A DNA stretch of 64,000 nucleotides, from contig JAAOMT010000571.1 of the NCBI GenBank assembly GCA_016748015.1, positions 1,243,095 through 1,307,094 of the forward strand, given 5' to 3'. Both the position numbers and the translations under genes were made by a program. This DNA is from Geosiphon pyriformis uo1 (lineage: Eukaryota; Fungi; Glomeromycota). This document shows positions 25,944 through 38,200 of the stretch, one piece after another (the stretch's first letter is position 1; each line of letters starts with the position of its first letter). The notes beneath the pieces were generated by a model. The model ran no database searches and was not told where the DNA came from. It was given only the letters and a program-made list of their open reading frames with translations.

Positions 25944-28900
25944 CTAATCTTGCCTCATCCTTAAGAGACAATCAACATTGGTGTGGAGTTTTCCTGGTTT
26001 GTGGTGTATGATGTATTGGTAATTAGCTAAAAATCCTGTCCATCAGGTTTGTTTTGTGTTCAGCTGGGTGTTTTTGTTTTGAAGCCATTTAAGTCCAATA
26101 TTATTAGTGATAATATCGAATTCTTTGGGTCTGAGGTAAAAGTTGAAGTGATGTAGGGCCCAGATTACTGCTGCGGTTTCTAATTCTGTTGTAGGGTAGT
26201 TCTTTTGGCTGGCTTTAATGTTCTACTAGCATAAACAATTACTCGCTCATTTCTATTGTCATCTAACTGTAATAAGATGGCACCAAAGGCAGTATAAGAA
26301 GTGTCAATTGTTAACCAGAATGGGTTGCTGAAGTCTGGGTAGGCGAGGATTGGGGCTATTGTGAGTTTTTCCTTGAGTATCTCGAAGACATTTTGGTGTT
26401 CTTTTGTCCATTTGTATTCGACATTTTTCATAGTGAGCTGGTTGAAGGGTTTTGCAATTTCTGAGAATCCTTTGATGAATTTTCGGTAATAGAATGCTAA
26501 TCCAATAAATCCTCTTAATTCTGTGGTATTTCATGAAGTCTTGAAGTTTTTGACAGTACTGATTTTTCCAGGGTCTGGTTTAATTCCATTTTTGCTAACA
26601 ATGTGACCAAGAAAAGCTAAACTTGTTTTTCCAAAGTAGCATTTTTCAATGTTCAGTTTCAATTCTGCTTTCCATAATCATTGAAAAACTTCTCGCAGGT
26701 AAATTAAATGTAGCTCAAAAGATGGTGAATAAACATCAGTGTCATCAAGATAAACTACTACTGATTTCCAAAGGAGGTCTTTGTAAACAACATCCATGAG
26801 TCTTTGGAATGTTGCAGGTACATTGCATAATCCGAAAGGCATTACATTGAACTCGTAATTTTCTCCTTGAGTGGTGAATGCTGTTTTGGGGCAGTTTTTG
26901 GGATCCATAGCAACTTGCCAGTATCCACTCTCTAAATCTAATGTTGAAAGTATTTGGACTTTCCAAGGACATCCAACATGTCATCAATTTGGGAAAGAGG
27001 ATAAGCATCCCCAATGGTGACACTGTTGAGTTGTCAGTAATCAACACAAAATCGTATCTTTCCATTTTTCTTTTTAACTAAAACCACAGGTGAGGCCCAT
27101 GGGCTCATTGATAGTTGAATAAGCCCATTGTTAAGCATCTGTTGTACTTCTTTTCAGATAAATTGGTAACTTTCCAGAGCAACTCAGTAGGCTTGTTGTC
27201 GCCTGGGTTTGGCATCTCCTGTATAGATTTGGTGTTGAACCAAATTAGTTCTTCCTAAGTCATTGTTGTTTTCGGTGAAGATATCAGCAAATTCTGCAAT
27301 TAGTTCTTTGAGCTGGGTTTGTTGTTGTAGTTCAAGTTGTCCCATGTTGATTCGAGATAGTTTTTCCATGACAACATGGTAGTTTTCAGAGCTAGGGTTT
27401 GGATTGATTTTTGGTAATGAATGTCCAATAATTTCAGAGAAATCAGGGACTGTTTGGGGTAATTCTTGTTGAAATATATTATTGTGAATAACTCCAATTT
27501 CTAAATTATTTAACAAAATTATGAGGTAATTATTGGGTAATTATTGGGGTTGTAAAAAGTAACTCGGACTTTTTTTGTTCCTTCTGGAATATAAATGTTT
27601 GGGATCAAAATATTATGTTCCAAGCAGACTTGTTCATTGGACTCAAAAATTTGTTGTGTGGTTGTTGGCTTTGTGTAAGTGTAGATTTCCGGATGTTCTC
27701 CAAAGGATAAGATGGTAATTGGTTGTGGAAGTCTGAGAATCTGGTGGGATTCATTTTGTGTATTAAGAGCTATATTAATTGGAGCAGTAAATCGTCCAGT
27801 TGAACCAAAACCTTGGGTTCCTCTATCGCTTTTTCCTAATTGTTTTCTTTGATTGACTAGTTGCAGACCTGAAATGTTGATTAAGAGTAGGTAAATAGCT
27901 TGGGCAATTTTTTCAGCATGTTCGATCTTAAATGGTTTGTCGGTCTCATTTTGAAGCATCACTGTTATGTCTCCAGTATATCCAGCATCGATTATTCCTC
28001 CTCTGACATTGATTCCTTTGCTTGCCAGAGAGGACTAAGAGGCAATTTGAACCATTGCTCCTGGCGGGATTTCGAGTGCAATTTTGAGGTTGATTTTTGT
28101 AAGAGATTTGGGTTTAAGAACAAGAGTATCCTTGCCTGGATATCTTAGATCATATCCAGCATCAATTTTGTGTGCTTTTTCAGGTTTTATTCCTTGTCCA
28201 TTGTTGTTGAAGTATTTAAGTTGTAAGGCAGGCTGATTTTCAATAAGGTAGATGGGTGTTGTTTCAATTTCTTCTGTTTCTTCAGGTTCTCCAAATTCAA
28301 TTTTATTCTCATCATTTTCGCTGGGCAAGGGGATACTAAAAGCATAGAATTCGGGACACTATTGTTCATCACAAGACATAATGCATTCTTCACATAGCCT
28401 AATGTTTATTTGCTCTAATTGTTGAATTTGAGCTTCTTGGGTCAGGTAGGTGTGACTTGCAATTTAGTGGTAGACTTCTACTTCATCTTCGTAATCAAAT
28501 CCAGCTAATTCTATAGTGTATTCAATGTATTCTGCTTCCTTCATTTGACAAACATCTTCTTTGGTAGCTCTATTAATTAATGTCATTGCTAAGTCAAAAA
28601 TCATCTTGGCATCATGAGGGTAGTGATAAAATTTGTTGAGATGTGTATAAGAGACAGCCATAAATGTTTTGATTATTGGTTTTTCTTCTTTTGGTTCAAA
28701 TTCAAAAGCCGGAGCTTTTTTGAAGCATTTGTTGAATATACTACAAGTGGCAGGTATTCAGGCATGTTGTTCTTGGTAGGAGATTGTTAACTCTTGTGTT
28801 TCCCAATTCAGATTAGCATTGGCTTTTTGAAGCCAATCATTTCTGACGAGAGCTTGGTACTGAGGTGCGTCCATTATAAGAACTTTGACTAGAATGGTGA

Positions 28901-31142
28901 TTCCATCAAGAGTGAATGGAAAATTGTCAATTTCTCCTACTGGTGTCTTTTTCATGCCATCAGCAATAACAATTACTGTTTGAACTGGTCGGTCAACATT
29001 TCTTTTCAACTGTTGTATTAACTGGTAAGTAATAATGCTTTCAGCGGATCCATTGTCTAGGATCAAGCGAATTGGCTTTTCTTTTACTTCAGCTTCTGCA
29101 TACATTGCAGTGATGGTTTTTTGCTCATTGGCCGCTGCATTGCTAAGCAAGAATGGTGATTTATTTGCTTCAAATTCAAAAGGAAAGATATCAGAGAGAT
29201 TGGCGTTTTCAGCGATTCGAGCTGGTGGAATAGTGGTGTGGTTATGAGAAGGGTTTTGTTGTTGTTGTGCTGCAGCTCTACCTTTCAAGAGTACAATATG
29301 ATGAAAATTCTGTTCTTCCAGCATTGTTAAATAACTGGGTTGAGTGTGGTAATGGTTGGGTCTTGATTGAGTGGTATTTCGGGGAACTAATTGGTTGTTC
29401 GAACTGATTCTACTGTTGTTTACTTGGTATCAGTTTTGTGGTGTGAATTGATTTTGTGTAATCAGTTTTCGAGCAGGGACTTGATAATGTTGTGTGGGTG
29501 GTTGTTGGTATTGCTGTTGGATTGGTTGTGGGGCGGGCTGATAATAGTTATTTTGGTATTGGGGTCTTGGTGGATAGTAAACTGGTGGTAATAGTTGATA
29601 ATAAGATTGCTGTGGTGAAGAGTAACATTGATTACCCCTATTTTGTTGGTCTCGTTGCAGCTTTCTGCAATCTCTTTTCCAGTGGCCAAAGATTCCACAG
29701 TAATGACAATTTTGGGACTGGTTATTGGAAAGTGATGCAAAGTTATTTTGATTTTGTCTTTGGGGTGGTTGATATCTTTGGGGTTGTTGTTGTTGGTTGG
29801 TAAAATAGTTTTCGACCTTCTTTGTGAGTTGGTCAATTTTTTCCTCAGCTGCTGAGCTGGTTTTTCCAATTGCCAAATTTACAAGTTTTGTATGATTGGC
29901 TTCTTCTATGGCCATTTCATATCTTTTCGCATGCTGTATGGCAGAGTTTAAATCTTCTGGCGCGTGTGGGCAAATCTTTTTAATTAGTTTATATTTTAGA
30001 CCAGTGATAAATTGATCCAAGATTTGAGCATCAGAATAATAATTATTTGTCTCAAGTTGGCAAATCTGTCTGAGAAGTTTGTTGAATTTCCCAATATAAG
30101 TTATAATGGATTTGGAGGGTTCTTGTTTGATATTTCGAAAACGATTGCGAAGAGTGATAGAGGTATTATTGTCGGTGAACTGTTCAAGGAAGGCTGCTTT
30201 GAAAGCATTCCAATCATTGAATGGGACGGCAAGGTTTTCAAACCATTTTTCTGCTGTTCCTTTGAAAAAGTAGGGAATTGTTCTTAACATTCTGGCAGCG
30301 TTCCATCCATTTGCATCTCCAGCTTTAGTAACTTGGTCAGGTCATTCTTGGGGACTGGTCTCAATATCTTCTCCATTGAATTCAGGGATTTTTGCGATGT
30401 ATGTTGTCATTTTGTTTTTTTTGTTTTCACTGTCTATTGATTCTTCTTCGGTTATTTCAGAGTTGTTTTCTTCATTTGCTGCTGTCTCAGAGTGTTTACT
30501 TTGATTTTCAGCTAGAAAATCAAGGAGATTGGAACTAGTTTGAAGGGGTTCTTGTTGTTTGGTAGAACTTCTGAGTGATGTAAAATTTTCTGGTCTTGCA
30601 AATCGATTCAAGAGTGAATTAGGTGTTTGTGCTTGTGCATGCGAAGCTAGAAAAGGTGTGATAGTAAGTGGAAGTTTTGAACTGGTTCCTTGTTCAGGTG
30701 TTTGTAAATGTTTGGCAGTTGTTTTCGGTAGTGTTAGAGTATTTGGGGTGGTTCTTGAATATTGCTTTAATTTGTTTTTGCCTTTGTTACTTGTTTCTGT
30801 TTCCAATTCAAAATCAATAGTGTATTGAGACTGCACTGGATATGTTTCTTCACAGTATTTGATAATGTTAAAATTAAGTTCATGAAAGTAAGTGGCAAGT
30901 GTTTCACTATTAAGATCTTCAGTTCTCAACTGTGAATAGTGTACTAAATTATTGTAAAAGTTGCTTCTAACTTCTGAGATATTAAAATTTCCAAAAAGAT
31001 AATTGTTGATGCGGTTTTCAATGTATTGGTATACTGATTTCTTGACAACTTCAATTCCATCTGGAATGTTGAATCTTTGCTTGCAGTGGGTGTAAATTGA
31101 TTGGTAATACTCTAGAGTTGTTGCGTCTGGTGTGGTCGCCAC
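25944..31142 (-). pseudogene. gag-pol: A2 gag-pol (retains RT YLDD; Cys-rich domain interrupted by adapter artefact)
   Basis: Capsid, CHYCGIFGHWKRDC, protease, dUTPase DAGYDL...RGTQGFGSTG, VVYLDDT, RNase H; several stops and frameshifts. Confidence 0.93.
28639..28657 (+). other. Tn5/Nextera mosaic-end adapter (assembly contamination)
   Basis: Exact AGATGTGTATAAGAGACAG, located where ~440 bp present in A1/A3 is missing. Confidence 0.97.
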
Positions 31143-31187
31143 TTTGAATTTGTTTTTGCTGTGTTGTTTCCGTGGGAGAGCACCAAA

Positions 31188-32171
31188 TGTTACCAGAGGT
31201 TTTTGATCTCTTTTCTGTAATGTTGTTGATACTTATTTGCTGTGAATTCACGTTTTCTGGATGTGGTTGAACCTCCAGTAACTGAATTTATCTTTAAATT
31301 ATCTCCTATAATTTGAACTGCTGGGCTTATAAGTGGAATGGCCAATTCCATGCCAGTTGCTTTATGTAGTTACGTTGTAGTAAATGTCAACTCTTTCCCA
31401 AGAATTGCTCGTCTGGAAGCTCACTAAAAATGTGTAGTTATTTTGCTGTGAAAGTTAACTCTTCTACAGGAATCTCGTCTGTAGGCTACCCTAATGATTG
31501 TAATAAGAAAAGAAAGAAAAATAAAAGAAGTGTAAAAGAAATAGGATCTTATCAAGGGAAACGTTTTTCTATCCAGGCCTGGAGTCACTAACAGTTTTAC
31601 TGAAATTGGTAGCTAATCAATTTCGAAATGTTAGTTGGGTTTTGGGGATTTTCCAAGTACAATAATTAAAGAATTTGGTTTTTCAAATTATTTGATATTT
31701 ATTTCTTTTTGTGTATATAGGAACGGTTTTAAGAGATAAATCTAAAGTAAGATACATTTTCTCGAAGAGAGAAGCTTTTCTTTTATACAACTTGTTGTAA
31801 CACTATTCTATGAACTTGAACTTTGCTATTTTCTACAATTTCACTGAACTAAAGATACATTTCGGCAAACTACAAGTTATTTTGGCGAACTATTAATTAA
31901 TTTGGGTGAACTATTCATTATTTCAGCGAATTTCTACAAATTTTGGTGAACTTCTGAATGTTACATAGTTCGGGGTATTGTATGATTGATCATCGCAATT
32001 AGGTTACATTTGTGTTGTGTACAATTTGAGTTATTAATTAAATGATAATTTCGGACATTTTTTTTGCTAATGTAATAAGTGATTATTTGGAACAATAATA
32101 TATGCTAATTAATGATAGGAATTATAAGATAATTTCATGCTAAATAATATCTCTAATTTTGTCTGGTAACA
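31188..32171 (-). repeat. 5' LTR of A2
   Basis: TGTTACCAGA...TCTGGTAACA; followed in sense orientation by TT + PBS. Confidence 0.95.
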
Positions 32172-32356
32172 TCATTGATTCGATTTTTGATGTATTGAAA
32201 AAGTGTTTTCTTGAAAGCTATGATTCCATCACGTATTTCAAATCATTGTTTGCAGTGTGTGTAAATCGATTGATAGTACTCTAAGGTTGTGATGTCTGAG
32301 GCAGTCGCCACTTTGAATTTGTTGTTGCTGTGTTTTTTCTATGGAAGAGCACCAAA

Positions 32357-33352
32357 TGTTACCAGAGGTTTTTGGTCTCTTTTTTTAAATGTTGTCGATG
32401 CTTGTTTGCTGTGAATTCACATTTTCTGGATGTGGTTGAACCTCCAGTAACTGAATTTATCTTCAAATTATCTCTTATAATTTGAACTTGCTGGACTTAT
32501 GAGTGGAATGGCCAATTCTGTACCAGTTACTTTGTATAGTTACATTGTAGTAAACATCAACTTTTTCCCAGGAATTGCTTGTCTGAAAGCTTACTAAATT
32601 GTGTGTAGTTACTTTTGCTATAAAAGTCAACTCTTCTACAGGAATCTTGTCTGTAGGCTACCCTAATAATTATAATAATCAAAGAAAAGAAAATAAAAGA
32701 AAAGGAAAGAAAAAAAAGAAATGAGAAATTGATTTGTTAAAGTCATTTTGGATCCAGGCCTGGAAGTGTTTTAACAGTCTACTAAAATTGGTAGCTAATC
32801 AATTTCAAACTGTTAGTTGTGTTTTTGAGGATTTTCCAAGTGCAATAATTTAAAAAATTTGGTTTTTCAAATTATTTAATATTTATTTCTTTTTGTGTAT
32901 GTAGGAATGGTTCTAAGTAATAAATCTAAAGTAAGATACATTTCCTTGAAGAAAAAAGCTCTTTTTTTATACAACTTGTTGTAACACTATTCTATGAACT
33001 TAAACTTTGCTCTTTTCTACAATTTTGCTGAACTGAAAATACATTTCGGCGAACTACAGGTTATTTCTGCGAACTATTGGATATTTTGGTGAACTATCAA
33101 TTATTTCGGCGAATTTCTACAAATTTCGGCAAACTTTTTGAATGTTATATAGTTTGGGGTATTGCATAATTGATCATCGCAATTAGGTTACATTTGTGTT
33201 ATGTACAAATTGGGTTATTAATTAAATAATAATTTCGGACATTTTGCTAATATACTAAGTGATAATTTGAAATGATAATATATGTTAATTAATAATAGGA
33301 ATTATAAAGATAATTTCATGCTAAATAATATCTCTAATTTCGTCTGGTAACA
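32357..33352 (-). repeat. 5' LTR of A1
   Basis: Same length and subfamily-specific sequence as 14114-15109. Confidence 0.95.
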
Positions 33353-34201
33353 GTGCATAAAATCAGTAATTTTAACACCAGCAACCTTGGGATCATGAAA
33401 GACAGTAACAGCCTCTTAAAGCCATCTATTGAAAACAAAACTTTTGTAAAGAGCCAAGGAAACCAGCAAATCCAAAGCACAGGTTGACATAAACTGCAAC
33501 ACAACCAAAGAGGGAAGAGAGAGCCCAGAAAGTGATCTTCAAGAAGACATACAGGATTCCAGAACCTGATGATGAGCCAAATCATCAGCCAAATCATCAG
33601 CCACATAAGAAAACACATGATTAGAAACCTCTACCTCACCACAATATAGACACAGAACACTAGGGTAACATTTATCATAAATGCACTTCTGAATAGTCAC
33701 AGGAAGCCAACAGTACAAAGCCTTCATAAGATAAGTGTGAGTATTAGCTGTGAGCCTACTAGTGAAACCAGTGGCCATATGCAAATCAGAGTGCCAAACC
33801 CTAAAAGAACTGAGCCAGTCAACATCTGAATGCAAATTACTAGCCAGAAATCCAGAACTGGAACTGACCTCCCAGTGTGCATGACAAACTGCATGACAAA
33901 TATCTCAAACAAAGTGTCTAGAATTACCAAAAACAATACCACCATCCGCCAACAAAAAATGTCCATCTATGTGAAAAGGAAAATACCACCCAGATAGAGA
34001 TGCAGCATCAGCGATGCTATCAGTGCAATCATTCCCTAAAACACTGAAGTGGCCCTTGACTTTGTGCCAACTAACTCTCAAATTCTTACTGTGGATAACA
34101 TTCCGAATATGCTAACACTCAACCCAACATCAATTGTGAAAATCAGAGCACACCAGGCTTAACTCAGACCTATAAGCATCTAAAGCTGTTTAACTATTCG
34201 A
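33353..34201 (-). pseudogene. Host LINE ORF2 fragment: RNase H C-terminal half and Zn finger
   Basis: WHKVKGHFSVLGNDCTD, CLYCGEVEVSNHVFS. Confidence 0.88.
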
Positions 34202-35182
34202 TGTTACTAGACAAAATTAGAGATATTATTTAGCATAAAATTATCTTATAATTCCTATCATTAATTAGTATATATTATCGTTCCAAATGATCACTTATTA
34301 CATTAGCAAAAATGTCCGAAATTATTATTTAATTAATAACTCAAATTGTACACAACACAAATGTAACCTAATTGCGATGATCAATCATGCAATACCCCGA
34401 ACTATGTAACATTCAGAAGTTCGCCGAAATTTGTAGAAATTTGCCGAAATAATGGATAGTTTACTGAAATATCTAATAGTTCACCAAAATAACTTGTAGT
34501 TCGCCAAAATGTATCTTTAGTTCAGCGAAATTGTAGAAAATAGCAAAGTTCAAGTTCATAGAATAGTGTTACAACAAGTTGTATAAAAGAAAAGCTTCTC
34601 TCTTCGAGAAAAATGTATCTTACCTTAGATTTATCACTTAGAACCATTCCTATACACACAAAAGAAATAAATATCAAATAATTTGAAAAACCAAATTCTT
34701 TAATTATTATACTTGGAAAATTCCCGAAACCCAACTAATGTTTTGAAATTGATTAGCTACCAATTTCAATAAACTGTTAGTGACTCCAGGCCTGGATAGA
34801 AAGCGTTTCTCTTGATAAAAATTCTATTTCTTTTACACTTCTTTTATTTTTCTTTTCTTTTCTTATTACAATCATTAGGGTAGCCTACAGACGAGATTCT
34901 TGTAGAAGAGTTGACTTTCACAGCAAAGTAACTATACATTTTTAGTGAGCTTCCAGACAAGCAATTCCTGGAAAAGAGTTGACATTTACTACAATGTAAC
35001 TACATAAAGCAACTGGCATGGAATTGGCCATTCCACTCATAAGCCCAGCAAGTTCAAATTATAGGAGATAATTTGAAGATAAATTCAGTTACTGGAGGTT
35101 CAACCACATCCAGAAAACGTGAATTCACAGCAAATAAGTATCAACAACATTACAGAAAATAGACCAAAAACCTCCAGTAACA
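34202..35182 (+). repeat. 5' LTR of A3
   Basis: TGTTAC...GTAACA; matches 43090-44070. Confidence 0.95.
34420..34588 (+). promoter_or_regulatory. U3 array of six TTCGCCGAAA-type motifs at 20-21-bp period, followed by a TATA box (TATAAAA 34582-34588)
   Basis: Motifs at ~34420, 34440, 34460, 34480, 34500 and 34521; present in every family A LTR. Promoter function is inferred. Confidence 0.55.
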
Positions 35183-35184
35183 TT

Positions 35185-35202
35185 TGGTGCTCTCCCATGG
35201 AA
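35185..35202 (+). promoter_or_regulatory. Primer-binding site of A3
   Basis: TGGTGCTCTCCCATGGAA, 2 nt after the LTR; complementary to a tRNA 3' end ...GGGAGAGCACCA. Confidence 0.8.
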
Positions 35203-35227
35203 ATAACACAGCAAAAACAAATTCAAA

Positions 35228-38200
35228 GTGGCGACCACACCAGACGCAACAACTCTAGAGTATTACCAATCAATTTACACCCACTGCAAACAAAGATTCA
35301 ACATTCCAGATGGAATTGAAGTTGTCAAGAAATCAGTATACCAATACATTAAAAACTGCATCAACAATTATTTTTTTGGAAATTATAATATCTCAGAAGT
35401 TAGAAACAACTTTTACAATAATTTAGTACACTATTCACAGTTGGGAACTGAAGACCTTAATAGTGAAACACTTGCCACTTACTTTCACGAACTTAATTTT
35501 AATATTATCAAATACTGTGAAGAAACATATCCAGTGCAGTCTCAATACACTATTGATTTTGAATCGGAAACAGAAACAAGCAACAAAGGCAAAAACAAAT
35601 TAAAACAATATTCAAGAACCACCCCAAATACTCCAACACTACTGAAAACAACTGCCAAACATTTACAAACACCTGAACAAAGAACCAGTTCAAAACTTTC
35701 ACTTACTATTACACTTTTTCCAGCTTCACTTGCACAAGCACAAACACCTAATTCACTCTTGAATCGATTTGCAAGACCAGAAGATTTTACATCACTCAGA
35801 AGTTCCACCAAACAACAAGAACCTCTTCAAACTAGTTCCAATCTTCTTGATTTTCTAGCTGAAAATCAAAGTGAACACTCTGAAACAGCAGCAAACGAAG
35901 AAAACAACTCTGAAATAACCAAAGAAGAATTAATAAACAGTGAAAACGAAGAAAACGAAATGACAACATACATCGCAAAAATCCCTGAATTCAATGGAGA
36001 AGATATTGAGACCAGTCCCCAAAAATGGCTCGACCAAGTTACTAAAGCTGGAGATGCAAATGGATGAAATGCTGTCAGAATGTTAAGAACAATTCTCTAC
36101 TTTCTCAAGGGAACAGCAGGAGAATGGTTTGAAAACCTTGCCGTCCCATTCAATGATTGGAATGCTTTCAAAGCAGCCTTCCTTGAACAGTTCACTGACA
36201 ATAATACCTCCATTACTCTTCATAATTGTTTTCGAAATATCAAACAAGAACCCTCCAAATCCGTTATGACTTATATTAGGAAATTCAACAAACTTCTCAG
36301 ACGGATTCGCCAACTCGAGACAAATAATTATTATTCTGATGCTCAAATCTTAGATCAATTTATCACTGGTCTAAAAGATAAACTAATTAAAAAGATTCAC
36401 CTACATGCACAAGAAGATTTAAACTCTGCCATACAGCATGCGAAAAGATATGAAATGGCCATAGAAGAAGCCAATCATACAAAACTTGTAAATTTGGCAA
36501 TTGGAGAACCCAGCTCAGCAGCTGAGGAAAAAATTGACCAACTCACAAAGAAGGTCGAAAACTATTTTACCAACCAACAACAACAACCCCAAAGATATCA
36601 ACCACCCCAAAGACAAAATCAAAATAACTTTGCACTACTTTCCAATAACCAGCCCCAGAATTGCCATTACTGTGGAATCTCTGGCCACTGGAAAAGAGAT
36701 TGCAGAAAGCTGCAACGAGACCAACAAAATAGGGGTAATCAACATTACTCTCAACCACAGCAATCTTATTATCAACCATTACCACCAGCTTACTATCCAC
36801 CAAGACCCCAATACCAAAATAACTATTATCAGTTCACCCTACAACCAATCCAACAGCAATACCAACAACCATCCACACAACATTATCAAGTATCTGCTCA
36901 AAGACTGATTACACAAAATTAATTCACACCACAAAACTGATACCAAGTAAACAACAGTAGAATCAGTTCGAACAACCAATTGGTTCCCCAAAATACCACT
37001 CAATCAAGACCCAACCATTACCATACTCAACCCAGTTATTTAACAATGCTGGAAGAACAGAATTTTCATCATATTGTACTCTCGGAAGGTAGAGCTGCAG
37101 CACAACAACAACAAAACCCTTCTCATAACCACACCACTATTCCACCAGCCCGAATCGCTGAAAACGCCAATCTCTCTGATATCTTTCCTTTTGAATTTGA
37201 AGCAAATAAATCACCATTCTTGCTTAGCAATGCAGTGGCCAATGAGCAAAAAGCCATCACTGCAATGTATGCAGAAGCTGAAGTAAAAGGAAAGCCAATT
37301 CGCTTGATTCTAGACAGTGGATCTGCTGGAAGCATTATTACTTACCAGTTAATACAACAGTTGAAAAGAAATGTTGACCAACCAGTTCAAACAGTAATTG
37401 TCACTGCCGATGGCATGAAAAAGACACCAGTAGGAGAAATTGACAATTTTCCATTCACTCTTGATGGAATCACCATTCCAGTCAAAGTTCTTGTAATGGA
37501 CGCACCTCAGTACCAAGCTCTCGTCAGAAATGATTGGCTTCAAAAAGCCAATGCTAATTTGAATTGGGAAACACAAGAGTTAACAATCTCCTACCAAGGA
37601 CAACACGCCCGGGTATCTGCCATTTGTGGTACATTCAACAAACACTCTGAAAAAGCCCCGGCTTTTGAATTTGAACCAAAAGAAGAAAAACCAATAATCA
37701 AAACATTCATGGCTCTTGGATCAACGTCCAACTGGGCCGATGAAACTGAACAAGAACACTTTACCCCACACACTAAACCCAAAACCTCTGGATGGAATAT
37801 ACCTTACTCAAAACCCGAATCAAAAAAACAACGCTCCTATATTCCCCTTAAATGTAAGGACTGCCACAAGAAACTATCATCAATGGAAGCCTGCATTTCA
37901 CCTGAAAAAGAATATGAGAATCATACTTGTTATTACTGCAAGGCTTGCCACAGAGAGTGATGGGGCCATCTAATAAAAAAGAGCGGAAAATGGGACAACA
38001 CCCCTTGTTTGACTTGTGGAGATATGCTACCAGAAGAATGCAATTGGATTGATGTAGCAATGAGAAAAGGTGTTTGTGATCAGACCTGCCAATATGTTTT
38101 ATCAATTTCAGAAAAAGTAAAAAGAGGAACACCCTTTAATGCAGCATACAATAATACTCTCAACAAACTTTATCACTACCCTCATGATGCCGAGATGATT

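Larger units (their letters stand above)
22817..32171 (-). mobile_element. Ty3/Gypsy family A copy A2, nested in the gag of A1
   Basis: 5' LTR 31188-32171; 3' LTR from 22817, running into the N gap; TSD TCAT. Its removal restores A1 gag KNRINDYLFG. PBS 31168-31185. Confidence 0.93.
14114..33352 (-). mobile_element. Ty3/Gypsy LTR retrotransposon, family A copy A1 (contains nested copy A2)
   Basis: 996-bp LTRs 14114-15109 and 32357-33352 with TGTTACCAGA/TCTGGTAACA termini; TSD GTGC; PBS 32337-32354; PPT adjoining 15110; order PR-RT-RH-IN. Confidence 0.95.

Noticed and set aside
28464-28661. ORF starting MAVSYTHL and the natural deletion it implies
   Set aside because: Derived from the Nextera mosaic-end adapter.
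34420-34530. Repeat-spacer pattern that superficially looks like a mini CRISPR array
   Set aside because: Repeats and spacers are only ~10 bp, lie inside LTR U3, spacers are the same among LTR copies, and there are no cas genes; eukaryotic context.
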